NCBI GenBank assembly: GCA_963755915.1
Contig: CAVWLP010000002.1
Coordinates: 64,001-128,000 of the forward strand
Length of the DNA: 64,000 nucleotides
DNA from: an uncultured Phycisphaerales bacterium
GTDB taxonomy: Bacteria; Planctomycetota; Phycisphaerae; Tepidisphaerales; Tepidisphaeraceae
Direction of reading: 5' to 3'
Of the stretch, positions 1 through 10,950 are shown in pieces. The notes below the pieces were generated by a model. It had not been told where the DNA came from, searched no databases, and saw only the letters and a program-made list of their open reading frames with translations. A program made the translations under genes and the position numbers. How positions within the stretch are numbered: position 1 is the stretch's first letter; the number at the start of each line of letters is the position of its first letter.

Positions 1-1211
1 GTCAAGGCGCGGACCAGGTCGGGAGCGGCGGCGGGGTTGGAGATTTGGCCCAGCGATTTTGCCGCCTGCGCGACGACCAGCCAATCGGTGTCATCGAGCA
101 ACTTCACATGCTGCTCGAACGCTGCGCCGCTGGCGAGCATGCCCAACAGATACGATCCGTCTTTGCGCCGGCGTGGGTTGCGATCGCCCAAAAGATTCGC
201 CGCCACCTGCAGGGTTGCATTACCGGTGGCGAGCAGGGCTGTACGGGCTGCATCGTGTAGCGGCAGATAGGGATCGGATAACTGTTCGGCCAGCGGCGCT
301 ACGGCGGCCGGTCCCGGCACTTCGACAAGGACCAAGGCCGCGGCGGTGCGCACGGATTCGTCGCCATCAGATAGCATGGCGATGGCATGCGATTGGGCAT
401 CACTCGCCGACAGAACGTTGAGCAGGGCGGTTGTGGCTTCTCGGCGAACGGTCGGATGAACGTCGGATAGCATTTTCAAGATGTCTTGCGCGTGCCGTGT
501 CGAATTGACGGCACTCAGCGCGGCAATGGCCTCGATTCTGGTCGGAACGTCAGCCTCGAGTTCAGTGGCGACTGGGTCGGCTTCGGTGGCGATCCTGGCA
601 CGGGCCACGGCGTCGATCGCCAGGATTCGCAATCGCTCGTCCGGGTCCGCGAGGCGCGGCGTAAGGGCTTGAGACTGCTCGATGCCGGCAACAGACAAGG
701 CCGCAGCAACAACGTCCGGATCACGGTCTTGAATTCCCGCGGTCACAGTGTTTTGCATTCCAAATGCCGCCGCGGACCGGATGGCCTCAGCGCGTACCTG
801 CGCATCGACGTCGACGGCCAGCCGAGCGATCTCCTCGCGCGCCTCCGTATTGCCGCTGTTTGGATCATGAATCATGCCAATTGCCCTGGCGACTACGGCA
901 CGGATCGTCGGATCGGAATCGGACGCTGCCTTGCACAGCGGCGCCAGGGCAGCCGCTAGTTGCGTATTGCCCAAATCGCCGATCAACTCCGCCTTACGAT
1001 CAGGCATCGTTCCTGGCCGTTGAAGTTCCTCGGCCAGCAATTGAACCGTTCGCGGATTGGTGTCGTTGCTCAAGGGCGGCGGAGGCAGAGGGATCACGTC
1101 GACCCCAAACGGCAGCGGTTTGTCGATGGGCGGAAGATCGATCGTGCGAGAAAACGCCGGGACGACGAAGAGAAGGCACGTCGTTAACAATGGTCGAATT
1201 TTGCGCATCAT
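1..1211 (-). CDS. HEAT-repeat protein with N-terminal signal-like segment (runs off window edge)
   Basis: Absent from the ORF track because there is no stop in the window. Manual minus-strand translation gives MMRKIRPLLTTCLLFVVPAFS... with repeated HEAT/PBS-lyase-like units (DSDPTIRAVVARAIG, LSDVHPTVRREATTAL, LSDGDESVRTAAALVL, LLDDTDWLVVAQAAKSLG). Confidence 0.8.
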   Translation of the reverse strand, partial: MMRKIRPLLTTCLLFVVPAFSRTIDLPPIDKPLPFGVDVIPLPPPPLSNDTNPRTVQLLAEELQRPGTMPDRKAELIGDLGNTQLAAALAPLCKAASDSDPTIRAVVARAIGMIHDPNSGNTEAREEIARLAVDVDAQVRAEAIRSAAAFGMQNTVTAGIQDRDPDVVAAALSVAGIEQSQALTPRLADPDERLRILAIDAVARARIATEADPVATELEADVPTRIEAIAALSAVNSTRHAQDILKMLSDVHPTVRREATTALLNVLSASDAQSHAIAMLSDGDESVRTAAALVLVEVPGPAAVAPLAEQLSDPYLPLHDAARTALLATGNATLQVAANLLGDRNPRRRKDGSYLLGMLASGAAFEQHVKLLDDTDWLVVAQAAKSLGQISNPAAAPDLVRAL

Positions 1212-1243
1212 CGTCGTGTTGTGATGACCGTACCGAGCCAGAA

Positions 1244-2906
1244 TCACCCGCGTTTCAATAGAGCAACCAATCGGAATCGCGCCGCGCCCAGCATCAGAAC
1301 ACAGATCGCGCCGATAAGGATCACGTGAATCTGCCACAACGCTTGAACCTCACCCGATCCGTCAGGCATCAGGCTCAATGCCATAACCAGAGGGCTGGCG
1401 ATGGACAAACGCGCCGCGGCGCGTTCGCTCAGTTGGTTGCCTCCGGCAAAGTAAGGCAACAACGGCAGCATGAAGACGGTTCCGCAGGCCAAATAAGCCG
1501 CGACGGTCGCGCGAGACGTGTTGTTAAACACGCTGCTGGCGGCCAGGCCAACCGCGCAGCAGAGTAGCGCCGAAAGCAGTACCACCGGCAGCAACAGAAT
1601 GAATCGTTCCAGATAGCTTGGATCGAGATAGCAAACTACGCCAAATGCAGGCAGCAACGCCAGCATGGGCAGAAAGGCCGACGGCAACGAGGGCAGCAGC
1701 TTTCCCCAGAAGATTTTTCCAGCGCCCAACGGTGCCAGCCGAAGCATCTCGAAGGTGCCGCTTTCCAGCTCGCCGCTGACGGTGGAGCTGGTGAGGCTGG
1801 GAGCAATCAAGGCGATGAGCCCCAATTGCAGCGTCACCAAGACGCTGGCAACGTGCGCCAGCAGGTTTGCATGCTCGACCCCGCCACGGAGGCTCATGAT
1901 AGCCAGCCCAAGCGACAGCCCCAACGAAACATAAAAGGTGCGGATCATCCAGCGTCCGCTCCTCAGCGCAAAGGTGCGTCGCTCTTTGCCGGCGACGGGA
2001 TTAAGCGGCCCCAGGGGTTTGCGCCGCTTCTTGTCATCGATGAGAAACATTATCTTTCGGCCAAAAGAGCGGTGTTCGCCGGCGATCGCGAAATCGGGCA
2101 CACGGTCGTTCTCGGCTGGCGGTTTCCGTAGCCGCGCGACGATTGCGCCGAATGAGACAAGGATTGTCATTCCCGCCAAAGGAATGAAAACCTCCCATAA
2201 GGGCAACAGGCCGTCACTGGTGCGGCCTCCAAACTGAGCATCTCCCGCGTTTGGCCTCAATACGCTCAACACGGCAGCCACCGGCGAGAGAGCGCGCATA
2301 ATGTAGAACTTCGGCGAGTGGGCCAAATGATTCCCGAAGGATCAGCGAAGCCGGCACTAGCAATCCGCCGCACAACGTCAGCACCGTGACGTAGGCAACT
2401 ACCAAAGCGCCGCCAGTCTGACGGCTGTAGGCGGAGATAGCCAGTGACAAGATGGCGATCAGCAGTGCTGCCATTGCGAGAATGGTGTACGACAAAATGA
2501 GCTGTCTTCCATCAACGTCGCCTCGCCAGACCAGAAGCGCCATGAACGGCAACCCTGCCAGCATCAGCAGAAGCGGAAAGGCAATAGCCACCAGAACCTT
2601 GCCCATAACGATCTGGGCAGGCGACAGCCGCGATGCATACAACATCTCCAGCGTGTTCGCATCGCGCTCACTGGCGATAGCGGTAGCGGCCATGCTCGGG
2701 ACGAACAGTATCAGAAGCACAAGTTGTCCAATTACCAGTCCGAGCAAGAGCTCATCGCGCCCCTGAACCGCCACCGCAAGAATACCACCCTCGGGCCAAC
2801 TCGATATTACCCAAAACGCCAACACCGCCACAAACGTGATTTGAATCGCCGCCACACTTGGCATGCGAAACAGGGCGAGCAAATCTTTGCGAAGGACGGG
2901 ATTCAT
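1244..2906 (-). CDS. ABC-2 type transporter permease with two tandem permease domains (frameshift near 2290)
   Basis: ORFs 2214..2906 and 1244..2326 join at HYARS/LSPVAAVL. Both halves carry the ABC-2 motif (IASERDANTLEMLYASRL...IVMGK; VSGELESGTFEMLRLAPL...IFWGK). Confidence 0.8.
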
Positions 2907-2911
2907 AGTGG

Positions 2912-3849
2912 TTATTTAGTTAGCGACATGAATACGTCTTCCAGATCCGCCGGCACTTCGGTGAAATTGCAAACAGAGAAGCCGTTTTTCATCAGGGCGA
3001 ACAGTGCATCTGCCAATTGCTGGTCATCTGCTTGTACTTCAAAACGCAAGATATTGGGTTCGTTTGACTCCAGTGGCTCCCAACCTTCACCCACGAGTAG
3101 TTCCTGGGCGGCAGTGGCCTGCTTGATGACCTGAACCTGCATCACCCGCTTCTGACTCACGGTGCGCATGATCGTCTGCATTGTGCCGCTGGCGACGAGC
3201 CGGCCTTGTTGCAAAATGCCAATGGTATCGCAGACGTCGGCCAGTTCTGGCAGGATGTGCGATGACACGAGTACGGCTTTGCCCAAATCAGCCAAGTGAC
3301 GCAACAGGTGGCGTATCTCAATGCGCGCCGGGGGTCGATGGTGGCGGCCGGCTCGTCGAGGATCAGCATCTGCGGATCGTGTAGCAGCGTCTTGGCAATT
3401 CCCACTCGCTGCTTCATGCCACGCGACAGCGCGCCCATCAGCTTGTCGCGGAACTCGATCGCGTTGGCCGTCTTAAGACAAACGTCGATGCGCTCGGCCC
3501 GTGCTTTCTTTGGGAGCTTGTAAGCCGCGGCGAAGAAATCGAGGTACTCCCAGACGCGCAGTGTCGGGTAAACGCCGAAGTTATCGGGAAGGAAGCCGAC
3601 CAACTCCTTGATGCGATCCTTATTGCTGGTGACGTCCTCGCCCGAGATCGTCGCCTTTCCGCTGGTAGGATCGAGCAGTCCGGAAAGAATTCGGAACGTC
3701 GTTGTCTTGCCTGCCCCGTTGGGCCCGATGTATCCGAACACTTCGCCACGATGGATCTGCAGATTCACACCGTCCAACCCCATGTGTTGGCCATAACGCT
3801 TCGACAGATTCTGCGTTTGAAGGATGATTTGGTCGTACTGAATAGGCAT
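2912..3849 (-). CDS. ABC transporter ATP-binding protein (frameshift near 3325)
   Basis: Walker A GPNGAGKTT, signature LSRGMKQR, Walker B LILDEP; H-loop VSSH lies in the downstream-frame ORF 2912..3304. Confidence 0.9.
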
Positions 3850-3954
3850 ACACCTTCTCAAACCGTTCGGCTGTGCGCGGTGCCACGGAAACAGGCAATT
3901 TCTTACGGATGCGCGCGTGGGTCTAATCGAGAACTCGGTTTTATCTCCCGGTTT

Positions 3955-6529
3955 TCACCTGGCCTCCACACGTCCTTCCAGAGTCATCCCCAACTCCGTA
4001 ATCCCCCAAAGCTGCGTCGTGCCATCGGTTTCAGCGTTGGCGTGCTCGACATTGACCAGCACCCATACCACGCCAACAGCATCAACGTCTTCGGGTGACA
4101 AATCGACCGCGACAGCCGGAAGCCGTCCGAATGTGTTGGACCATTCTGCGATGACCGCGCCCGACGGGTTAACTGATAGTTTGCCGCCTCGCACCTGCTC
4201 GCGCCGAAGGGTCATTATTTGCCCGGGTAAATTTACGTTGGCCCGCAGCACCGCCCGTGTGAGTTGGAGGTGCCCAATTTGGGGTGGTGGGCGGAAGCCT
4301 ATTTCCCAGGAACCCGGCTGGCTACAGGTCACCCATGTCCCGTCTTCAGCGCTGTAGATCGGAAGCTGTCCGGGGGCGATTAAAGTGGTGTTGAAGCCCG
4401 CGTCAATGCGCACCAGTGCCCCGACCGGCGATGGTCCGAAGGATAACGGAAAGGTCGCCAATGTCAGGACGCGCTCAACCTGCGGTGACAAAGATGCAAT
4501 GGTCAGCGGCGCAACTCCGCCCATCCAGCCGGCGATCCATGGGCGGCTCGACCCAACATTCATATTCGCGCTTTCGGACGACCTGGTTGCCAACGCCGCA
4601 AGCACTTGGCCGCGCAGCATGTCTTCATCGCTGAGGATCGGTCCGGCGTTAATATATCGGAGTGATTGCTCGCGTTGGGCTTCGGAGCGGGCAAGTACAT
4701 CGGCTGGTTCGCTATCTGTAGCGGTCGGCACCGGTGCATTTCGCGCCGCAGCCATCACCGTTACTTTTGACGCACCCTCGGCCAGCTCCTGTAGGCGCCA
4801 TACGCTGGTGCCGTAAATTAGGATCGGTGATCCTAAGGTCGAGCCGGTGCGGTTGGCGATCGACAGCGTAAGTCCATTTTCGTCGAACTCACCACCTGCT
4901 GACGCGGAAAGGGTCGTAGGCGCCGGCATTGACGCCTCCCATATTCGGTCGATGCGCCGGGCCGCAGCGCCCGCGCTGGGGGCGGTAAACGGATTTACTG
5001 TCAAGACCGGTGTGTTGGACCCGTCGTATACAGAGGGCCAAAGCGTTGCCTGCGGGCTTGTCGTCGAGAGTGATAGGACTGCTTCGTTTCCGGTAAACGC
5101 CGCCGCCTCCTGGAGGTAGCCACCATCCGCACTAAGGTGAGCGACAGCGATCTGTCCGGAAGTCAGAGGCGCCTTTCCCTGGTTCGCAATTCCCATCGCT
5201 ACCAACAGTGCGGCTTCCAGCAGAGCTACGCCAGAGCTTGTCGCAATGGCGAGTGGCCGTCTGACCCCGCGCCAAGCCAAGTGTGCAGATACCACTAGCG
5301 CGACGAATCCAAGCGCTAGCCCGATTGCCATCTGGCGGGGCGGTGCCGGTGTGCCAATCATTTGACCCATAATTTCGGGCAGCCGTTGCGGGAGCGCACT
5401 GGAGTCCCATGACGGGTCGGTCGATGAGAGATCCAGTAAATCAGACCAGAATCGATTGGCAGCCAACTGATCGAAGGCGGGTGCGTCCACCGGAAAGCTC
5501 GTGAACGCCACGCGTCCGAGCCCCAGCGGCCGATATGCTGCGTGAACGTAAGCGCCGTCTGAGATCAGCTCAGTTCCATCAGCGGCCACGGCCTCACATA
5601 TTTCGGCAGGCTCTCGCAAGTTAATTGGGCCGGTGGAGTCGTTGATGCATGTCGCTGTGCGATGACCAATGACGCGAACAGGCATGTAAGGTTCGATCCA
5701 GGTCCCTCGCACGTCGTCCACGCTCACCGGGCTGCTAATCAATAGGACTCCACCGGCCCGCACAAAATCGATGAGCGTTTGCCGCTGCATTGGATCCAAC
5801 GACTGCGCCGATCCGCCGCTCAGCGCGATCACGCGACAACTGTCGTACGCCGCTGGAAGTCGTGCCGCGTGATCGATCGGTCCTTGCCACAAAATCATCG
5901 GCGTCTGGGTGACCCGGGCAATCGTTTTGCATAGCGATTGAAAATCGCTGGCGGAGTTCTCCGCGAAGCGGTCTCCAATGAGGTTTAGGAGGGTCGACCT
6001 TCGCGTCGTATCGGTGTCGTCATCCGAAGGCCACGGGAGCAATTCGGTTTGCGCGACTTGTGATCCGGCGACATTCCAGGTGAACACTAATGATTTGCCC
6101 GTTTTGTGTTTGGCGCCGCATTCGGCAGGCAATGGCGGCGCCAGGATCGTTCGAGACACGCGGCTATCGGGAGGCGCGTTCGCGTTCGATCTTAGGTCAA
6201 TTGCGCCATTGGGTCCGGGCACAGTAACATCCATCAAACCGTCGGCTTCGAGTGGAGCAATATTGGTCAATGTGACACGGAGCGGCGTCCAGGCGCCACG
6301 CACCGACTGGGGATTGCCGTACATGGGGGTTACCGCGATCTGGAGATGCTCGTCCTCGCGCGACGGCAGGGCCGCCCATTACCGCGAGCAAGGCAACAAT
6401 AAAAAATGCGTTGCAAATCCAACGATAACGAACCGCATCGAAAAAAGCCGGTAATTCAGCTGAAAGCCATCCGGGAGGAGTATTGGCCACCGCCTGGTCA
6501 ATAACCTGGTTAAACCCGCTACCATCCAC
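3955..6529 (-). CDS. Large membrane-anchored exported protein with class I GATase-like domain (frameshift near 6350)
   Basis: The 789-aa ORF has LIDFVRAGGVLLIS and RPLGLGRVAF motifs plus two TM helices. The signal-like N-terminus is in ORF 6197..6529. It is the first gene of the ABC operon; the start is uncertain. Confidence 0.6.
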
Positions 6530-6630
6530 GACGAACGCTCCCTACAAGACGACACTCCCGGCGGAAGGGATGGCGAGTTTGCCGATTTCAGTCATTTGTG
6601 TACGTTTCCCGAAAGCAATTAAAAAATCCG

Positions 6631-6686
6631 TTGACAATACCGTCTAGTATGGGTATATTATCCACCCGTTAATAGGATGGTATCCA
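6631..6686 (+). promoter_or_regulatory. sigma70 promoter and candidate operator upstream of the GntR gene
   Basis: TTGACA(6631)-17 bp-TATATT(6654), followed by the imperfect palindrome GGAT-GGT-ATCC (6675-6685). Confidence 0.75.
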
Positions 6687-6729
6687 TTCGCTGACGGGAT
6701 ATTACACACCGTTAGGAGCAAGTCAAGTA

Positions 6730-7836
6730 ATGGCAGAGAATGAACTCGACATTGTGGTTCAGCAGGATAGTACGGTTCCGCTTTACGAGCAGATATGCGA
6801 GCAGATCCGGCAAAAAATTGAAAGTCGGCAACTCCCCCCCGGGGCTCAGTTGCCTACCAGTCACGAGCTTTGCGCGCGCCTTCAGATCAACTACAAGACT
6901 GCGCATCAAGCAATGGCGACCTTGGCCAAGGAGGGGTACGTCACGCGCCAGGCCCGTCGAGGAACAGTGGTGAAGGGTATCCCGCGCCGCGGCGTCGTGG
7001 CAATTTATTCTTTTCCTGATTATTTCAGTCTTGATGGGAAGCACGAGTACTACCGGTTGATAATGGGGCATCTCGGACGGCTGCTCGAGAATCATGGTCG
7101 CGTTCACAGGCAGTATTTGGGGAGCGACACGCCGGAAACACCTAACTTGGCGTGCGACGACTTACTGAAGCACTTGGTGGGCGGGATGCTATGTGGTGTG
7201 CTATTGGTCAAGCCGCCCCAGAACATGGAGGAGCTGGTTGCGCAGGGTCGTGCGTTACATGTGCCGGTCGTAGCGTTGTTGCACTCAGGTCTCACCGTCG
7301 ATTACTCGGTGTCCGTGGATTTCCTCGGTTTTGTACGTTCGGCGGCCCAGCATTTATATCAGCAAGGCAGCCGGCGCATCGGGGTTATCTTCAACAGCCC
7401 GAGTTATGCCTTTCGTGATCTTGGGTTGGTCGCTGAGAGTTTTGAACAGAGCGGGTGCACAGCCAAGTCGTCATGGATGATCGGGCACGCCGGAACCGAG
7501 GAAGGGGGCTATGAGGCGGCCGTGAATATGCCATTGGCCGAACTGGATGGTCTGATCATCAAGGACGACGTAATGGCCTTGGGTGTCGAGCGGCGTTTGC
7601 GCGAGCTTAACGTTAATGTGCCTCGCGACCTGAAGGTGGCCACGTTTTGGAATCGGGGTAGCCGATTGTCGCTGACCCTCCCCTTCGAGCGGTTTGAAAT
7701 GGATGTTGAACGGCTCGCATCCTTGGGTTTGCAGCTTATGCAGGATGTCGCCAGCGGCCAACGGATCACTGAACCCCATTTGAAAATCAGTCCGATTCAC
7801 CAATCGTCGCGCCAACTCGAACAGGAAGGCAGCTAG
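6730..7836 (+). CDS. GntR wHTH + LacI-type sugar-binding domain regulator (AraR-like architecture)
   Basis: GntR HTH (PLYEQI...LPPGAQLPT..EL...TAHQAM..LAKEG) and a C-terminal periplasmic-binding fold (DDVMALG...VPRDLKV). RBS AGGAG. Confidence 0.9.
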   Translation: MAENELDIVVQQDSTVPLYEQICEQIRQKIESRQLPPGAQLPTSHELCARLQINYKTAHQAMATLAKEGYVTRQARRGTVVKGIPRRGVVAIYSFPDYFSLDGKHEYYRLIMGHLGRLLENHGRVHRQYLGSDTPETPNLACDDLLKHLVGGMLCGVLLVKPPQNMEELVAQGRALHVPVVALLHSGLTVDYSVSVDFLGFVRSAAQHLYQQGSRRIGVIFNSPSYAFRDLGLVAESFEQSGCTAKSSWMIGHAGTEEGGYEAAVNMPLAELDGLIIKDDVMALGVERRLRELNVNVPRDLKVATFWNRGSRLSLTLPFERFEMDVERLASLGLQLMQDVASGQRITEPHLKISPIHQSSRQLEQEGS

Positions 7837-7970
7837 CGTTGACAATACAACGCGACTAGACAATCCCCAGGTGTCTCTCATCGCAATTTAGCCGGCCGGT
7901 CGGTGCCGTCGGAAACCGCGAGCGTGGTAAGTGCGTCCAGTTCGTTTAGCAAACACAAGGAGCAGAGAAA

Positions 7971-9869
7971 ATGCGAAAGAAAATTCTGGTTGGTAGTGTG
8001 ATGGCTGCGGTGCCGATGACGGCAATTTCTGCGATGGCAACTTTCAACAACTACTATTCTGCAGGCAGCGCCACGGAGGCTTCGGAATGGGCGTTTGCCA
8101 ATGGGGACTACACGTACTTTGCCAACGATACGTGTATAGTGAACGACCAGAACGCCGGTGTGACCGGTAACAATAACACAATCTATGAGTTTCCAGAAGG
8201 TGGATCGGCCAATTCTCCCTCGAACGGTACCTACACTTTCAACGGCACTCAATTTTTTTCCGCCTATCCGAACGGCCAGGGCGTCAACGGTTCGTTGGCG
8301 GATGCTGTTTTCGGACCCACACAGTCGTTCAGTTTGTACATGAATCTTACAATGAATCAAGCGACCGGAAGCGCTTTCTACCTGATGAGCTTCGGCCCCA
8401 ATGTGGCCCTACTTTTTGATGGTGCCAACGGAACGGGTTTCGAAACGCTGGTAAAGCCGGCCACGAACGTCACGGGGCCCGATTCAAACTATGAAGGCTC
8501 CTCTATGACCGCGGCGTCGTTGGGCAACGGAATGCACGACTTCCTGTACACCTACAATGGAACAACGGGACAGCAAAATATCTATCTGGATGGTGTAGAT
8601 ACTGACACGGCCGGGTCCATCAGCGGGGACGGCGTGACGTCCGACAACGACAATTTTTACGTCGGCGGCCTCGATTCGGGGGGAGCGGCCTATTATTTTC
8701 CACCCGCCGCCTTCGATTTGACGATCTCCGACGTTCGCGTCTATTCAGGGATTGTCAGCGTTAATCCCCTTCCTTCCACTTGGACCGACAACTCAGGTTT
8801 GGGGGACTGGAACGAAGCCTCCAATTGGAGCAGCAACTCAGTACCTAACGGAGTTGGCGAATCCGCCACTTTCGGGTCCGTGATCACTTCGTCGGAGAAC
8901 GTGTACAGCAACCTTGCCGTCACCGTCGGCTCGATGACTTTCGACAACACCAATTCCTACCTGATAAACGGTAGCGGCAGCCTGACGCTCCAGGTTTCCA
9001 CCGGCAGCGCCGAGATCGCCGTGGAGCAAGGCTCCCATACCATTCAGTTGCCAACGACGCTCGCCAGCAATACGACATTGGATGTTGCGGCGGGATCGAC
9101 GCTGAATCTTGCCAGCACGGTGACTCTCGACGCCGGCGTCGCAGTCACCGAAACCGGAGGCGGCGCGGTCACCTTCGGGCAGATCACGGGTAGCGGTCAG
9201 CTCAGCATCTCAGGCGGTTTGGCAACGCTCGCGACTAATGGCGGGGGCAGTCAAATCGCTGGCCTCACCTTGACCGGCGCCAGCACGCTGGACATCACCA
9301 ACAACCACCTCTTCATCGATTATGGCAGCAGCAGCGATCCCATCTCCACGATCCTTGGTTATCTGAAGGCCGGCTTCAACAACGGTGCCTGGAACGGATC
9401 GAACGGAATCATTTCCAGCACTGCCCAGACGCCCACAAATAACTTGAAATACGGTATCGGCTGGGCCGACGGAAACGACGGCACCCACGCCGTCGCCGGT
9501 CTCACCAGCGGCCAAATCGAACTGAAATACACGCTGCTTGGCGACGCGAATCTCGACGGCTCAGTCAACGGGACCGACTTCTCGATCCTCGCCGCCAACT
9601 TCGGGCTGGGTGTCACCAACTGGGACCAGGGCAACTTCCTCTACGGCAGCTCTGTGAACGGCTCCGACTTCAGCGCCTTGGCCGCGAACTTCGGCCAAGG
9701 CGACAGTGGCGCGGACGCCGGAGTCACCGCCGCCGACCGGGCCGCGCTCGACGCCTTCGCCGCCGCGAATGGTCTACTCGCCGATGTCCCCGAGCCGGCT
9801 TCCTTGGGTCTACTGACGCTGGGTGTGGTCGGCACCCTGTCGCGCCGTCGGCATCGTTTGAATGGCTGA
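7971..9869 (+). CDS. PEP-CTERM protein: LamG/concanavalin-like head, beta-helix stalk, dockerin-like domain
   Basis: Signal peptide; LamG-like HDFLYTYNG...IYLDG; dockerin-like GDANLDGSVNGTDF repeat; VPEP-TM-RRRHR tail. Confidence 0.85.
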   Translation: MRKKILVGSVMAAVPMTAISAMATFNNYYSAGSATEASEWAFANGDYTYFANDTCIVNDQNAGVTGNNNTIYEFPEGGSANSPSNGTYTFNGTQFFSAYPNGQGVNGSLADAVFGPTQSFSLYMNLTMNQATGSAFYLMSFGPNVALLFDGANGTGFETLVKPATNVTGPDSNYEGSSMTAASLGNGMHDFLYTYNGTTGQQNIYLDGVDTDTAGSISGDGVTSDNDNFYVGGLDSGGAAYYFPPAAFDLTISDVRVYSGIVSVNPLPSTWTDNSGLGDWNEASNWSSNSVPNGVGESATFGSVITSSENVYSNLAVTVGSMTFDNTNSYLINGSGSLTLQVSTGSAEIAVEQGSHTIQLPTTLASNTTLDVAAGSTLNLASTVTLDAGVAVTETGGGAVTFGQITGSGQLSISGGLATLATNGGGSQIAGLTLTGASTLDITNNHLFIDYGSSSDPISTILGYLKAGFNNGAWNGSNGIISSTAQTPTNNLKYGIGWADGNDGTHAVAGLTSGQIELKYTLLGDANLDGSVNGTDFSILAANFGLGVTNWDQGNFLYGSSVNGSDFSALAANFGQGDSGADAGVTAADRAALDAFAAANGLLADVPEPASLGLLTLGVVGTLSRRRHRLNG

Positions 9870-9935
9870 TGGCTGCGACCTCCCGGAGCATTACGCTTCG
9901 CAAACGAGGTGACGTCAAGCCTTACGGAGAAACTT

Positions 9936-10685
9936 ATGACGCATCATTCATTTCGTAGAGCTCGTTTCATGTGGCGGAATAATTGCCTCGATCGCTCAGC
10001 GTTTACGCTGGTGGAACTACTCGTGGTGATCTCAATCATTGCCGTGTTGATTGCAATCCTGTTGCCGAGCCTGAACAAAGCGAGGCGGCAGTCACAGCAG
10101 ATTGCGTGCCTCAGTAACATGCGCCAGATCGGCATGGGCCTTTCGATGTATGTTAATGACTTCAACGGCTCCTTACCTTATCCAGAACAGCAAATTTATA
10201 ATCAGAATCAACCAAGCTGGAACTTGATCCTGATCGACTGCGGGTACTTCCCGGGTCATTACCTACTTACTGACCCGAAGTCCTTTTCATCTCCGATCTT
10301 TGTTTGTCCAAGCGACTTGGTGCCTCGACCATGGGGTTACCCCGGCAGCTACTTTGCCAATTCCGGGAACTGGCTGTATCGCAACGGCTGGATTGATCCG
10401 ACTTCTGAAACGTCTATGCGCATGGTCAAAATCAAAAAGCCGGCAGAATTCGTCATGGTGTTCGAGTATGCGGCGGAAGGTGGGATATTTGGCTATCAAG
10501 GCTATCAAGAGTGGGCGCAGGGCTTCGAAATCTCGCCCCACTCCCCTAAGAATGACCCGTACGCAAGTAATATCCTTTTTGGTGATGGACACTCGGCGTA
10601 TGTTGATGGACATACGCTTCTATACAACTTGAATATGTGGGCGGCCGACGGTGTTTGGGATGACATGAGCGACACGTGGCCATAA
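9936..10685 (+). CDS. DUF1559-type prepilin N-terminal cleavage/methylation protein with H-X9-DG C-terminal motif
   Basis: AFTLVELLVVISIIAVLIAILLPSL..AR, then CLSNMRQIG, FVCPSD and H...NILFGDGH. GGAG precedes the ATG at 9936. Confidence 0.9.
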   Translation: MTHHSFRRARFMWRNNCLDRSAFTLVELLVVISIIAVLIAILLPSLNKARRQSQQIACLSNMRQIGMGLSMYVNDFNGSLPYPEQQIYNQNQPSWNLILIDCGYFPGHYLLTDPKSFSSPIFVCPSDLVPRPWGYPGSYFANSGNWLYRNGWIDPTSETSMRMVKIKKPAEFVMVFEYAAEGGIFGYQGYQEWAQGFEISPHSPKNDPYASNILFGDGHSAYVDGHTLLYNLNMWAADGVWDDMSDTWP

Positions 10686-10950
10686 CAAGGGTGGATTTTC
10701 TAGTCCGCTTAGACCAATGAGCGAAAAAAATTCGGTCGACCCTAGCGAGGACGGCGTTGGCTGTCTGGAATTCTGTTGACCGGTAGGGATGCCCGCTTGA
10801 GGTTGTCCAGAGATGTCGGCCTCACCGCAGCGATCAAAGCCGATGTGAAACTTGGTGCGCCCGCATTGCTGAACAGATTCTTTCTATCGAGTAACGAGAA
10901 GAATGGAGCAGGCGATCAGCGCCGTTGGCAGTTTTTGTTTGTGACGGAGG

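Noticed and set aside
7865-7970. Riboswitch in the PEP-CTERM leader
   Set aside because: Only short hairpins and a shared 11-mer with the paralog leader; no recognisable aptamer consensus. An Rfam/Infernal scan would be needed.
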